Shown: one piece after another, positions 32,342 to 41,748 of the stretch | Numbering within the stretch: position 1 is the stretch's first letter | Layout: the number at the start of each line of letters is the position of its first letter | Assembly: GCA_964392445.1 (NCBI GenBank) | Contig: CAYMPD010000001.1 | Span: 1-64,000 of the forward strand | DNA from: an uncultured archaeon | GTDB lineage: Archaea; Aenigmatarchaeota; Aenigmatarchaeia; CG10238-14 | Direction: 5' to 3' | DNA length: 64,000 nt | Made by a program: the position numbers and the translations under genes | The notes under the pieces: generated by a model | Told to the model about the DNA's origin: nothing | Databases searched by the model: none | The model's input: only the letters and a program-made list of their open reading frames with translations

Positions 32342-33292
32342 TTAGACACCTATTAATTTAAGTTTTACAAGTATCATGAACGTAGCTACAGAAATAGAAG
32401 TCAAGATAAGACTATGTTTAAATCCAGCCCTTAAGGACCCTTCTCCTATCTGTCCTGCAACCAAACCCCCACAAATAGATTGTATCACAGACATACAAAA
32501 AAATAATCCTAGATAATAACAGGAAATTGATACTGTATTAACACCAAAAATAGAACATATTCCTGAGTAAATATTGCAAGGTAAACATTCCAATGTTAAA
32601 CCATAAATACAAAAAGCACAAGGATTGGTTCCCCCAACTCCCAAGGGACCGCTCGCAATAGGAGCTGAAGTTTCAAATATCGGAACCATAAGCTTGTTTA
32701 TCGCAACTATTATTGCAATAAAAACTAAAGAGATAATATACATAGCTAAAACATATTGTTTCAAAGTACTTTTTCTTTCCTCTCTAGTATCTTGAAGGAT
32801 TATTAATGTATTCGAAAGTGAATCTAAAATTTCCGAAACTCTTCCACCCGATTTATAAGTCTCAATTATTATTCTTATTGTTTTTACAAGCATTGGACTC
32901 CTTCTTAATCTCCTTTTTGATTGTTCCAGAACCTTTATCAAATCCACACTCCATGTTAATTGGTTTGACATCTTTCTAACTTCTCTTGTTAGGGGGCCAT
33001 AATTGTTTTTACCTAAAGATATTATAGCTTTATGTAAAGGTAAACCAGCTTTTGTTGCATCGATCAAGTCTCTTAAAAAATTTGGATAAGCCCGCTCTAT
33101 CTCTCTTAATTTTTTAAAATTCATATAACTGATAATTATTTGTGGTGTAGCTATCAGGAAAATTGAAATGATTATTATATTACCTATAACACCTGTATCT
33201 GCAACTAAAAAACCCACAAGAATTAGAACCCAAGATATCAATATAGTTATAATTAGAATTTTTTTCTCTTTCGTTAAACCTAATCTGAACAT
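32342..33292 (-). CDS. Type IV pilus membrane platform protein (TadC/GspF-like)
   Basis: YPNFLRDL...AGLPL, ETYKSGG; multiple TM helices; in pilus operon. Confidence 0.88.
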   Translation of the reverse strand: MFRLGLTKEKKILIITILISWVLILVGFLVADTGVIGNIIIISIFLIATPQIIISYMNFKKLREIERAYPNFLRDLIDATKAGLPLHKAIISLGKNNYGPLTREVRKMSNQLTWSVDLIKVLEQSKRRLRRSPMLVKTIRIIIETYKSGGRVSEILDSLSNTLIILQDTREERKSTLKQYVLAMYIISLVFIAIIVAINKLMVPIFETSAPIASGPLGVGGTNPCAFCIYGLTLECLPCNIYSGICSIFGVNTVSISCYYLGLFFCMSVIQSICGGLVAGQIGEGSLRAGFKHSLILTSISVATFMILVKLKLIGV

Positions 33293-34165
33293 CTATCCCT
33301 CACCCGGTGAACTTGCCTTAATCAAAATAATAAATCCTGCTGAAACTAACGGAATGAAAATAAAAATCAAGAAAAACTGAATGAATACTATGTTTGATTG
33401 GGTACCACCCCCCATTCCGGACATCAAAGAAGTTAATATTGTGAAGAATATGGCTCCCAGAACTAGGCTTGTTAAATAAATTTCTAAAAATATGGACAAA
33501 GATCTAGCGAATTCTTTTAATTTTCTTTTATAATCATTTAAAAAACTCCTAGATTTTTGGCTTAAAAGAGTCGGCATATCACCTCCAGTCTCCAATATAG
33601 ATAATATAGACCAAAAGAGTTCTCTTAGTTTTTTAGAAGGTGTTCTTTCTATTGATCTCTTAAGACTTTCATTAATATTCAACCCAAATGCCCTCATATC
33701 AGTAACAATATTTTTTGCCTCTTTGGATATTTCACCATACTCATCAAACTTAGAAAATATTTCAAATGTTTTGTGCGGAGGTAGACCTGAACTTGCAATC
33801 GTGGAAAGGTATATCCCGGCAAAAGGTAAAGTGTTATCAATATTTTTAGCCTTGCTTTTCATCAAAAACTTTGGATAATTAAGGAATAATAAAAAAAACA
33901 ATGTGCAAATAGAGAAAGAAACTGTTATTCCTGTAAAAATACTAAAAAATATTCCTAATTTCAAAAGAGAAAATATATAGGAGAATAAGGGTAATTCCAC
34001 CATAAAAAGTATTAGACAAGTTAAGAATGAGACGGAAAGATACTCTTGAATAGATATTTTCATTCTACTCCTTCTCAAATCCTTTTTCAAATCAAAAAAG
34101 AAATGTAGATGAGGCTCAATAGTACTTCCTAAAAACCTCATAGCTATTTTGGTGTAAGTAGACAT
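33293..34165 (-). CDS. Type IV pilus membrane platform protein (TadB/GspF-like)
   Basis: LPFAGIYLSTIASSGLPP, RTPS, ETGGD. Confidence 0.88.
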   Translation of the reverse strand: MSTYTKIAMRFLGSTIEPHLHFFFDLKKDLRRSRMKISIQEYLSVSFLTCLILFMVELPLFSYIFSLLKLGIFFSIFTGITVSFSICTLFFLLFLNYPKFLMKSKAKNIDNTLPFAGIYLSTIASSGLPPHKTFEIFSKFDEYGEISKEAKNIVTDMRAFGLNINESLKRSIERTPSKKLRELFWSILSILETGGDMPTLLSQKSRSFLNDYKRKLKEFARSLSIFLEIYLTSLVLGAIFFTILTSLMSGMGGGTQSNIVFIQFFLIFIFIPLVSAGFIILIKASSPGEG

Positions 34166-35922
34166 TAAATTTCACCAGTAATAACATCCATAATTCTCTC
34201 CGGGTAATTGTAATAAAGATTTATGATTTTAGAGATGGTTTTATAATTCGTTATATTTCTTTCCTTAAGCCAGTAAAGAATTGCCATTCTCCTTTTTAAT
34301 TCCTCCAGAATCTCCTTTTCGTTTATACCAGTTTTTTTCAAAATATTTCTAAACGTTACACTATCACTCTTTATTTTTATTTTATCTACTTCTGCATCCC
34401 ATTCAAATATTTTATTAGTTATCGGGATATCATTCTTTCTATCGAATCCTGTAATCTCATAAATTCCTTGGACCCTTCTTGTAAATCTTCCTTTGTATTT
34501 TAATTTTGTCAGAAATACTATAAGGTCGAGGCTTTCCACTAAACTGGGAGGTAATTTAATTGGTGGTGTTGTTAACCTATCAACAAGCTTTTCCATTGTA
34601 TCTGCATGTATGGTAGCAAAGGATGGGTGACCAGTAGCCATCTGTTGAAATAAAACATAAGCCTCTTTCCCTCTAACCTCTCCGAGAATTATATAATCTG
34701 GTCTTTGTCTCATACTTTCTTTTAAAAGATCAAATAAGTCTACTTGGCCCTTTTCCCCTTCTTTTGAAATTGGGGTTCTAGCAACATGGGGTATCCAATG
34801 AGGATGAGTCAATTTGAGCTCAGCTGTGTCCTCTATACTAACAATCTTCTTATCTTGTTTTATAAATGAAGAAAGTACATTTAAAAGAACAGTTTTACCT
34901 GTTGCCGTCCCGCCAGATATTAGTATACTAGAACCGTAATCAACTGCCAGCCAAAGAAAAGCTAAAGTTTTGATATCTATAGTACCATAATTTAAAAGAT
35001 GAGTTATTGTAAAGGGATATTTCGTGAATTTTCTTATAGTAAAATTAGAACCTTTCCTCGCTATGTCTGTTGCTAATGTTCCCTGAACTCTTGATCCGTC
35101 AGGTAAAGCTCCTTGTAAGAGTGGATCGACAACTGAAACAGCTTGCCCACACAATTGAGCTAATCTGATCAAATAAGAATCTAGCTTTTCTTTATCCTCA
35201 AAAATTATATTTGTTGGGATAGATCCAAGAAAAGGATTTCGGTGGAAAATATAAATGGGTATATTAACTCCATCGCAACTTATGTCCTCTATGTATGGAT
35301 CATACATTAATGGTTCTAATGGGCCCAGACCCAGGAAATCTCTTTCTATATAATACATCAATACTTCTTTCTCATTCTCAGATAATTTAATTCCAAAGTA
35401 ATCAAGAATTTTTAATGCCTCCCTCCTTAGATAATTCTTTGCCTCTTGTTCTTTCAATTTACTGAAATCTATATCTAATTTTTCCTCTAAAATATCTTTT
35501 AATTTTACGATTAACCTCCTCAACTTTGTAGGTAATTTTGGCTGAATAACTTTGTACTCATGTTCATTTTTTTCCTGGTTCCAGTTTATTTTCGCATACG
35601 CCATTACTGTTTCGTCTTTTTTGGGATTTTCCGGTATTAGGGGATAAGTAGTAGAAATAAATTGGCCTCTCTCTTCATGTTTTATTCCAAACTTAGATAT
35701 TCTTTTTGTATCAAATTCCGGTATTTTTATTGCCTCTAATTTTTCAATCCTTTCTTGCTCTTTCTCCTTTTCTTTTTCCTTTATGGATACTTCTCCCGTA
35801 ATCTCTATTGGTTTGTCTGGAAATCCTGTTATAGAACTAATATTAGGTTTATCCTTTTCACCCCATTTAAGTTTGGTTTTATAACCATCTACTAATTTTT
35901 TGAAAATTAACTTTCTCTTCAT
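34165..35922 (-). CDS. Type II/IV secretion ATPase (FlaI/TadA/VirB11-like)
   Basis: IEDISCDG, LPDGSRV, GGTATGKT, SIEDTAEL, RQRPDYIILGEVRG, ATGH. Confidence 0.94.
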   Translation of the reverse strand: MKRKLIFKKLVDGYKTKLKWGEKDKPNISSITGFPDKPIEITGEVSIKEKEKEKEQERIEKLEAIKIPEFDTKRISKFGIKHEERGQFISTTYPLIPENPKKDETVMAYAKINWNQEKNEHEYKVIQPKLPTKLRRLIVKLKDILEEKLDIDFSKLKEQEAKNYLRREALKILDYFGIKLSENEKEVLMYYIERDFLGLGPLEPLMYDPYIEDISCDGVNIPIYIFHRNPFLGSIPTNIIFEDKEKLDSYLIRLAQLCGQAVSVVDPLLQGALPDGSRVQGTLATDIARKGSNFTIRKFTKYPFTITHLLNYGTIDIKTLAFLWLAVDYGSSILISGGTATGKTVLLNVLSSFIKQDKKIVSIEDTAELKLTHPHWIPHVARTPISKEGEKGQVDLFDLLKESMRQRPDYIILGEVRGKEAYVLFQQMATGHPSFATIHADTMEKLVDRLTTPPIKLPPSLVESLDLIVFLTKLKYKGRFTRRVQGIYEITGFDRKNDIPITNKIFEWDAEVDKIKIKSDSVTFRNILKKTGINEKEILEELKRRMAILYWLKERNITNYKTISKIINLYYNYPERIMDVITGEI

Positions 35923-36353
35923 CAGCCAACCTCTATCTCATTATTTACATTATTAATTTGTATTTCTACTATTTTATTTTCGCTCCTTGACTCTGAATCT
36001 TGAAACGTAAAAGTTTTATTTAAATTAAATAATGAACTTTCTCTCGAATATATTTTACTCGATCTTAAGGTTGTGTTTAATCCTTCTTGATCTAGTATAA
36101 TCTCATAATAATAACCACCTATTTTTGAAGGTATTTCTCCTTGGACTTTAAATGAATCGCAGGATTTACAACCGATTCCCCTTATAATATGGTTTACCAC
36201 AAGATCATTAACTATATCTGTGAGTCTATCACCTACTCTTTCCTTGAAAAAATCATTCTGTCTAGTGAAAAAAGAACTAATTACCGCAAATATACTAAAG
36301 GATATCAGGAAAAATAATATGAATTCAATAACAAGGGATTGTCCTTTTTTCAT
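35922..36353 (-). CDS. Minor pilin-like protein
   Basis: MKKG|QSLVIEFILFFLI class III signal. Confidence 0.82.
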   Translation of the reverse strand: MKKGQSLVIEFILFFLISFSIFAVISSFFTRQNDFFKERVGDRLTDIVNDLVVNHIIRGIGCKSCDSFKVQGEIPSKIGGYYYEIILDQEGLNTTLRSSKIYSRESSLFNLNKTFTFQDSESRSENKIVEIQINNVNNEIEVG

Positions 36354-36958
36354 TAAACAATAATATTGACTTGTGTTTTAATATCATTTGTTCCGGTCGA
36401 ACCCAATCTTTGAATCCGCAAGAAACCTTGAGTTGATTCTACATCATTATCCCCAGAAGTTTTAAGGGCTATCTTGTAACTCTTACCCGTGGTTCTGTCC
36501 TCTAATTCCCGGAACCACATTCTATACCACACCGTTATATATTCATCTCCCAATCTTGCTTTACCTGAAATGACACCCGGTTTATCTATACCTAGAGTTG
36601 CAGTTGAATTAGTATTTGGTGTGTTTAAAGGAATCCATTCTGAACTTTCAGCCACATTTGAAACTTTAGATTCAAAGGTAAAAACAATACTATTATTTAA
36701 TTCATCCGTAGAAGACTCTGGGTAAACATATAATTTACCAGGTACATCTAATTCCAAAGATTCTTCTCCACCATTTCTGGCGACATCAACTATTGATTTT
36801 TCCAACTCTCCAAAAAAATTATAGGTATCTTCCATACTTTTTGAATCCTTTTTCTTTTGAATAACAGACTGGGCCCAAGGATAAACAGTCCCAACTATGG
36901 ACAAACCTACAAGAACTATTATTATTGCCGATACTACCTGTGATTGTCCTTTTCTCAT
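36353..36958 (-). CDS. Minor pilin-like protein
   Basis: MRKG|QSQVVSAIIIVLV class III signal. Confidence 0.82.
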   Translation of the reverse strand: MRKGQSQVVSAIIIVLVGLSIVGTVYPWAQSVIQKKKDSKSMEDTYNFFGELEKSIVDVARNGGEESLELDVPGKLYVYPESSTDELNNSIVFTFESKVSNVAESSEWIPLNTPNTNSTATLGIDKPGVISGKARLGDEYITVWYRMWFRELEDRTTGKSYKIALKTSGDNDVESTQGFLRIQRLGSTGTNDIKTQVNIIV

Positions 36959-37004
36959 ATATATCTAATCATAATTAACATAAACAAAAGAAATAATTAA
37001 CCCA

Positions 37005-37373
37005 TTAACAATATACTACCTGTCTTACTGCGTTACTTGGAGATACTACCAGGACTGTATTAGCCCCAGAAGTCCCCGTGACATCTGTGACGGCTGTATT
37101 GTGAGGTTCAATTGTACTAAGACTAAAAGCTGTGTTTTCAACATTTTCAACAAAAATTTTGATATCACTACTCGTCACGTCAACTGTCCCATCATTCGAA
37201 ATAACCAAAGTTATGATGTTACTACTACATGAAGCGTCTAACACGGAAATAGTTTTAGATGTTCTCCCTGAAATCATCCCAGACATGTAAATATAAGCAG
37301 TTCCTGCCAATGCAATAGTAATCATAAGTAATAAAATAGTTGCTATTATTGCAGAAACGCCTTTATCCTTCAT
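37005..37373 (-). CDS. Archaeal type IV major pilin (DUF1628-like N-terminus)
   Basis: MKDKG|VSAIIATILLLMITIALAGTAYIYM. Confidence 0.9.
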   Translation of the reverse strand: MKDKGVSAIIATILLLMITIALAGTAYIYMSGMISGRTSKTISVLDASCSSNIITLVISNDGTVDVTSSDIKIFVENVENTAFSLSTIEPHNTAVTDVTGTSGANTVLVVSPSNAVRQVVYC

Positions 37374-37384
37374 CCCATCCTCTC

Positions 37385-37885
37385 TTACAACTTCAATGGT
37401 AATGGTTTTTGTTGTTGTGCTGGTGGTCTCGGTCTCGGTCTTGATCTTGATCTCCTCAATTTTTTCCCAACATCATCAAGTAATTCAAGCATTGTATCAT
37501 TTTTACTAGTTATTTTTTTGTTTTCCTGTACTAATTCCTCAAGTTTATCAACAACGGGCTTCATAGTTTCTGGACCTAAACCTGAAACCTCCTGCTCACC
37601 AGTAGCTTTTATAAATGAAACTAATTCTTTCATATTTGTTATTAAATCGTCCATTCTTCCAGGTAATTTTGAAATTTCTATTCTTAAAGCATCATTTGAC
37701 TTTGCTAATTCATCGACAAGCATTTGATTCATTCTAACAATATCAACAATATCGTCCAAAAGATCTTTAGGATAATTCCCAGGACCAGAAGTCTTCTCCA
37801 CCCTATCAAGCCTTCTTTCAATCCTTCTTATAGGAGACATAGGGACAAGTTCATATTCTCCTCTGTCATCTTCGGTAATTACCAT
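37385..37885 (-). CDS. Hypothetical coiled-coil protein with Arg/Pro-rich tail
   Basis: 166-aa ORF with GGTGA SD, YELVPMSPIRRIERRL N-terminus and RSRSRPRPRPP tail. Confidence 0.75.
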   Translation of the reverse strand: MVITEDDRGEYELVPMSPIRRIERRLDRVEKTSGPGNYPKDLLDDIVDIVRMNQMLVDELAKSNDALRIEISKLPGRMDDLITNMKELVSFIKATGEQEVSGLGPETMKPVVDKLEELVQENKKITSKNDTMLELLDDVGKKLRRSRSRPRPRPPAQQQKPLPLKL

Positions 37886-37980
37886 TTCTTCACCTAAGAT
37901 AATTGTATCGTTCTATGCTTAAATTATTTTGTTTTGAGTATTAAAAAATTTGCTTTGAGAAAAAGTAATGTTCTAATAAT

Positions 37981-38000
37981 AAAAAAGAAGAAAAAAAGAA
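37981..38000 (-). terminator. Oligo-T terminator after thermosome gene
   Basis: The minus strand reads TTCTTTTTTTCTTCTTTTTT about 10 nt after the stop. Confidence 0.6.
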
Positions 38001-38009
38001 TTTATATGA

Positions 38010-39683
38010 CTACATTCCTGGCATTCCACCCATTCCTCCTGGTGGCATTCCACCCATTCCTCCTGGTGGCATTCCTGCTCCTCCGCCTTTATTGAGCTTT
38101 GATGCGGATATCACATCGTCTATTCTTAGAATCATTTCTGCTGCTTCTGTTGCTGATTTAATTGCTTGTGTTTTAACTTTTACTGGTTCAAGTACTCCCT
38201 GTTTAACCATATCTGTAATTCCTCCATTCAAAACATTCACACCAACTTCTAGTTTGTTTTTATCGTGTTCTGATCTTAACGAAACTAATATATCTATTGG
38301 ATCTAAACCACCGTTCTCTGCAAGGCTTCTAGGTATTACTTCCATCGCATCTGCAAATGCAATAATAGCGAGCTGTTCTCTTCCTGAAAATCCTTCTGAA
38401 TATTTTCTGAGTTCTTTTGCAACTGCTGCTTCTGGTGATCCCCCTCCAGGTACCATCTTTCCTACTTCTATTGCTGATGAAACTGCCCCGATTGCATCTT
38501 CAATCGCACGATCTATTTCATCAACTACATGTTCTGTTCCTCCTCTTACAAGGATCGTTACTGCTTTTGGGTTTTTACAATCTCTGACAAAGACCATTTC
38601 CTCGTCTCCTATTCTCTGCTCTTCAACTAATTTGGCATTTCCCAAATCCTCTTTAGATAAATCACTCAAATTTGTAACCACTTTCCCATCTGTTGCCTTT
38701 GCTAGTTTTTTCATGTCTGATTTCTTTACTCTCCTCACTGCAAGAACTCCTTTCTTTGAAAGATAATGTTGAGCCATGTCATCAATTCCTTTTTGACAGA
38801 ACAAAACATTTGCTCCTGATTTAACGACTTTATCAACCATCTTTTTGAGTTCTTTTTCTTCTTGTTCAACAAAAGCTTGAAGTTTACTTGGGTCTGTAAT
38901 TTGAATTTGAGTATCTGTCTCTGCTGATTTCACTTCTAATGCTGTATCAAGCAAAGCTATCTTTGCTTTCTCAATATTTCTTGGCATTCCTGAATGAACT
39001 ACTTCTTTATCCACAACTATTCCTCTGATCAATTCTGTGTCTTCGGATGAACCACCTTGTTTTTTTTCTCTTTTGATGTTTTCTATATCAACCACTACTT
39101 TGTTACCTTTTTTCTCGGCAACTTGAGTTACTGCTTCAACTACTATATCTGCAAGTTTATCTCCAAACCCATATCCAGATTTTCCACTCATACTTGTTAA
39201 TGCAATCTTTTTTAGATCTCCCTTATCTTTCACTGAAACATTTTTGGAAATCTTATCAAGAACCTTTAAACTCTCATTTCTCGCAAGGTTATATCCATTT
39301 ATAATTACTGTGGGATGTATATCCTGTTCCAAAAGATCATTCGCTTTTTTGAGAAGTTCGCCTGCTATTACCACTGCTGTTGTTGTTCCATCACCTACTT
39401 CCTCGTTCTGTGTTTTTGAAATCTCAACCATCATTTTTGCGGCTGGATGTTCTATCTCCATTTCTTCAAGAATTGTTACTCCATCATTTGTAACAACTAT
39501 ATCTCCTATTGAGTCAACCAACATTTTATCCATTCCTTTTGGTCCAAGGGTTGTTCTTACTGCATCTGCTACAGCTCTTGCTGCGGCTATGTTGTTTTCC
39601 TGCGCATTTCTTCCTCTATTTCTTAATGTACCTTCGGGAAGGATTAAAACTGGTTGTCCTCCTATTTGTCCTACACTTACCAT
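38010..39683 (-). CDS. ths: Thermosome (group II chaperonin) subunit
   Basis: [35 protein letters not shown]; GGM-rich tail. Confidence 0.97.
   Translation of the reverse strand: MVSVGQIGGQPVLILPEGTLRNRGRNAQENNIAAARAVADAVRTTLGPKGMDKMLVDSIGDIVVTNDGVTILEEMEIEHPAAKMMVEISKTQNEEVGDGTTTAVVIAGELLKKANDLLEQDIHPTVIINGYNLARNESLKVLDKISKNVSVKDKGDLKKIALTSMSGKSGYGFGDKLADIVVEAVTQVAEKKGNKVVVDIENIKREKKQGGSSEDTELIRGIVVDKEVVHSGMPRNIEKAKIALLDTALEVKSAETDTQIQITDPSKLQAFVEQEEKELKKMVDKVVKSGANVLFCQKGIDDMAQHYLSKKGVLAVRRVKKSDMKKLAKATDGKVVTNLSDLSKEDLGNAKLVEEQRIGDEEMVFVRDCKNPKAVTILVRGGTEHVVDEIDRAIEDAIGAVSSAIEVGKMVPGGGSPEAAVAKELRKYSEGFSGREQLAIIAFADAMEVIPRSLAENGGLDPIDILVSLRSEHDKNKLEVGVNVLNGGITDMVKQGVLEPVKVKTQAIKSATEAAEMILRIDDVISASKLNKGGGAGMPPGGMGGMPPGGMGGMPGM
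38019..38075. repeat. 24-bp tandem repeat encoding the thermosome PPGGMGGM tail
   Basis: TGGCATTCCACCCATTCCTCCTGG x2.4. Confidence 0.85.
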
Positions 39684-39780
39684 AATTCTACACCTCCGTT
39701 TTTAATTAGAATTCATCATAATGTTTGTTATTGAAATTTAAATATGTATACCCGCATGCACATGTTAGAATAAGGGTACT

Positions 39781-40689
39781 TTAAGTTTTTCTTTCCTTAA
39801 TCAACCCAGAAAAATCTCTATAATTATCTAACTCATCAATCTCACTATCAAAAATAACTGGTATACCGTCAATATTTTGATCCTTAGAATCTTTGGTAAT
39901 AAAAACAGAAATTGTATTTGTTAAAGAAGATATGTTCTTGAGAACTTCGGATTTTTTATCAATATTTTCTCTACACTCAGACAGTCCAGTCAAAAATACT
40001 TCTTTTTTTCTCCCAACTATCTCAAAAGGTGAAGATGACAAACAACTGGATTTTATTTTTAACTCGGAAAATTTGGTTTTTATCCTATCCTGAAATTTTG
40101 TTTTCGGGGCTATCTCATCATATTCTCTGGTCATAGTTATCTCATAATTTTTTGAAATTTTTATCCCAAAGAAATCTTCTAATTTCTCGACAGCTTCCTC
40201 TGTTGGATTTACTCTTTCATTTTCTATTTCATACAATGACTTTTTTGAAACATCTATCCTTTTACCTAATTCTTCTAAAGATAAATTCGTCCTCTCCCGA
40301 GATTTCCTTAGCAATTTTGCATCTATGTCAACCACATGCTTACCTTTTATCGCAAAAACAGAAGGCATCCAATCATTAGTAACAATATTCTCAAATGATC
40401 CAATTGTCATGGTTGGTACCCCAAACCTGGAATAGATAACATTATCAGAAAGTTTCCCTCTATTACACCTCACAGAAATAGTCAAAGTTTTACTTGAAAG
40501 AAAATCAGACATAATTTTCAGGTTGTTGGCATGTTCTCTGGAAAGTGAATCTATGTTTGTAAGTACTTTTATCAGTAAGGTATCATCTCTCCTTGTTAAA
40601 ACGTCAAAACATCCCCTAAAAACAACAGTACGAAACTCATTTAAATCTAAAATTTCTAAAACTTCATTCAATAAGTCAGCTTTAAACAT
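39781..40689 (-). CDS. Predicted archaeal HTH transcriptional regulator (COG1395-type, XRE HTH)
   Basis: FDVLTRR..LLIKVLTNIDSLS N-domain; LRKSRERTNLSLEELGKRIDVSKKSLYEIE HTH. Confidence 0.85.
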   Translation of the reverse strand: MFKADLLNEVLEILDLNEFRTVVFRGCFDVLTRRDDTLLIKVLTNIDSLSREHANNLKIMSDFLSSKTLTISVRCNRGKLSDNVIYSRFGVPTMTIGSFENIVTNDWMPSVFAIKGKHVVDIDAKLLRKSRERTNLSLEELGKRIDVSKKSLYEIENERVNPTEEAVEKLEDFFGIKISKNYEITMTREYDEIAPKTKFQDRIKTKFSELKIKSSCLSSSPFEIVGRKKEVFLTGLSECRENIDKKSEVLKNISSLTNTISVFITKDSKDQNIDGIPVIFDSEIDELDNYRDFSGLIKERKT

Positions 40690-40730
40690 AAATTATATTT
40701 GAGTACGAAAAACTTAATAAGTTAATGGTG

Positions 40731-40840
40731 GGGCCCGTAGCTCAGCCTGGTTAGACCCTTTTTGGGGACTGAAGCGCTTGTCTTATAAGGCAACTGAGCG
40801 TAAAAGCAAGTGGTCCTGGGTTCAAATCCCAGCGGGCCCA
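40731..40840 (+). tRNA. tRNA-Ile(TAT) with two introns (40755-40772 at 22/23; 17 nt at 38/39, 40789-40805, with the same mature product if placed at 37/38)
   Basis: Acceptor GGGCCCG/CGGGCCC-A. After removing the introns: D-stem GCTC/GAGC, anticodon arm CTTGT-CTTATAA-GCAAG, T-arm CTGGG-TTCAAAT-CCCAG. Intron 1 forms a BHB (GGTT/GACT helix, AG|A and GA|A bulges). Confidence 0.88.
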
Positions 40841-40847
40841 TTAATTT

Positions 40848-41077
40848 TTACTTTCTCGGCTTTTCAACACCATACACAATAAGAAGAATCCCTATTAGAA
40901 TTACAATAATCCTGCCTACTAAATGCGAACTTAACCATAAAATAATTCCATCCAAAACCAAAACTCTAGAACTAGTTATTAAAAAGAACATTATTACCCA
41001 CCAAGTAAGAGATAAAGAGAGATTCAAAATTTTACTTAACCGAAAATAATTTTAATATACTGGTCACTAAATACCAT
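40848..41077 (-). pseudogene. Small membrane protein, either frameshifted at the A4 tract 41043-41046 or starting at a downstream TTG/ATG
   Basis: The frame ...LSLSLTWWVIMFFLITSSRVLVLDGIILWLSSHLVGRIIVILIGILLIVYGVEKPRK* ends at 40848. The upstream ATG 41077 (MVFSDQYIKIIF) is one base out of frame. Confidence 0.45.
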
Positions 41078-41103
41078 TAATTATTATTTTTGAAAAACGA
41101 TAA

Positions 41104-41748
41104 GTGATTGGTATGAGAAGAGTTGTTTTTGGTCATCGAAGGAGAAGAAGTTTTTGGGATACTATTACCGCTAAAATATTAGCTATAAATATAGTTGTTT
41201 TTCTTCTGACTAGTTTTAGTCAATCGACGTTTGATCTTCTCGCATTAACCCCTACTATCGCTGTTCAGGAAGGAATGTTCTGGCAATTCTTTACGTTTAT
41301 GTTTGTACATGCTAACTTTGCTCATATATTCTTTAACATGTTCTCGTTACTGATGTTTGGTCCGACTATTGAAGAAAGAATGGGTACTAAGAATTATTTG
41401 ATATTTTACCTACTCTGCGGGCTTGGGTCAGGTGTATTCCATATTTTAATCACCGGTTTAGGTATTATTCCTCTTGTTGGTGCTTCTGGTGCGATATTCG
41501 GTGTGGTCACTGCTTATGGTTTATTTTTCCCAAGACATGTTATATATGTTTATTTTATCCCTATGCCTGCAATTGTCGCGATTGGGTTGTTTGCGATGAT
41601 TGAGTTGTTCTCTGGAATATCGGGTGTTCAGTCAGGAGTAGCTAATTTCGGACATCTTGGTGGAATGATTGTTGGTTTTATTCTAGTGAAATTTTTTGGG
41701 TTTGGGAAAAAGAAGAACCATGTTTATTTTTGGGAAAGCGATTGGTAA
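41104..41748 (+). CDS. Rhomboid family intramembrane serine protease
   Basis: WQFFTFMFVH, HIFFNM, VGASG, AN-FGHLGG. Confidence 0.94.
   Translation: MIGMRRVVFGHRRRRSFWDTITAKILAINIVVFLLTSFSQSTFDLLALTPTIAVQEGMFWQFFTFMFVHANFAHIFFNMFSLLMFGPTIEERMGTKNYLIFYLLCGLGSGVFHILITGLGIIPLVGASGAIFGVVTAYGLFFPRHVIYVYFIPMPAIVAIGLFAMIELFSGISGVQSGVANFGHLGGMIVGFILVKFFGFGKKKNHVYFWESDW

Noticed and set aside
40810-41049. 79-aa plus-strand ORF starting inside tRNA-Ile
   Set aside because: It begins in the T-arm of the tRNA. The opposite strand has the more protein-like hydrophobic frame.
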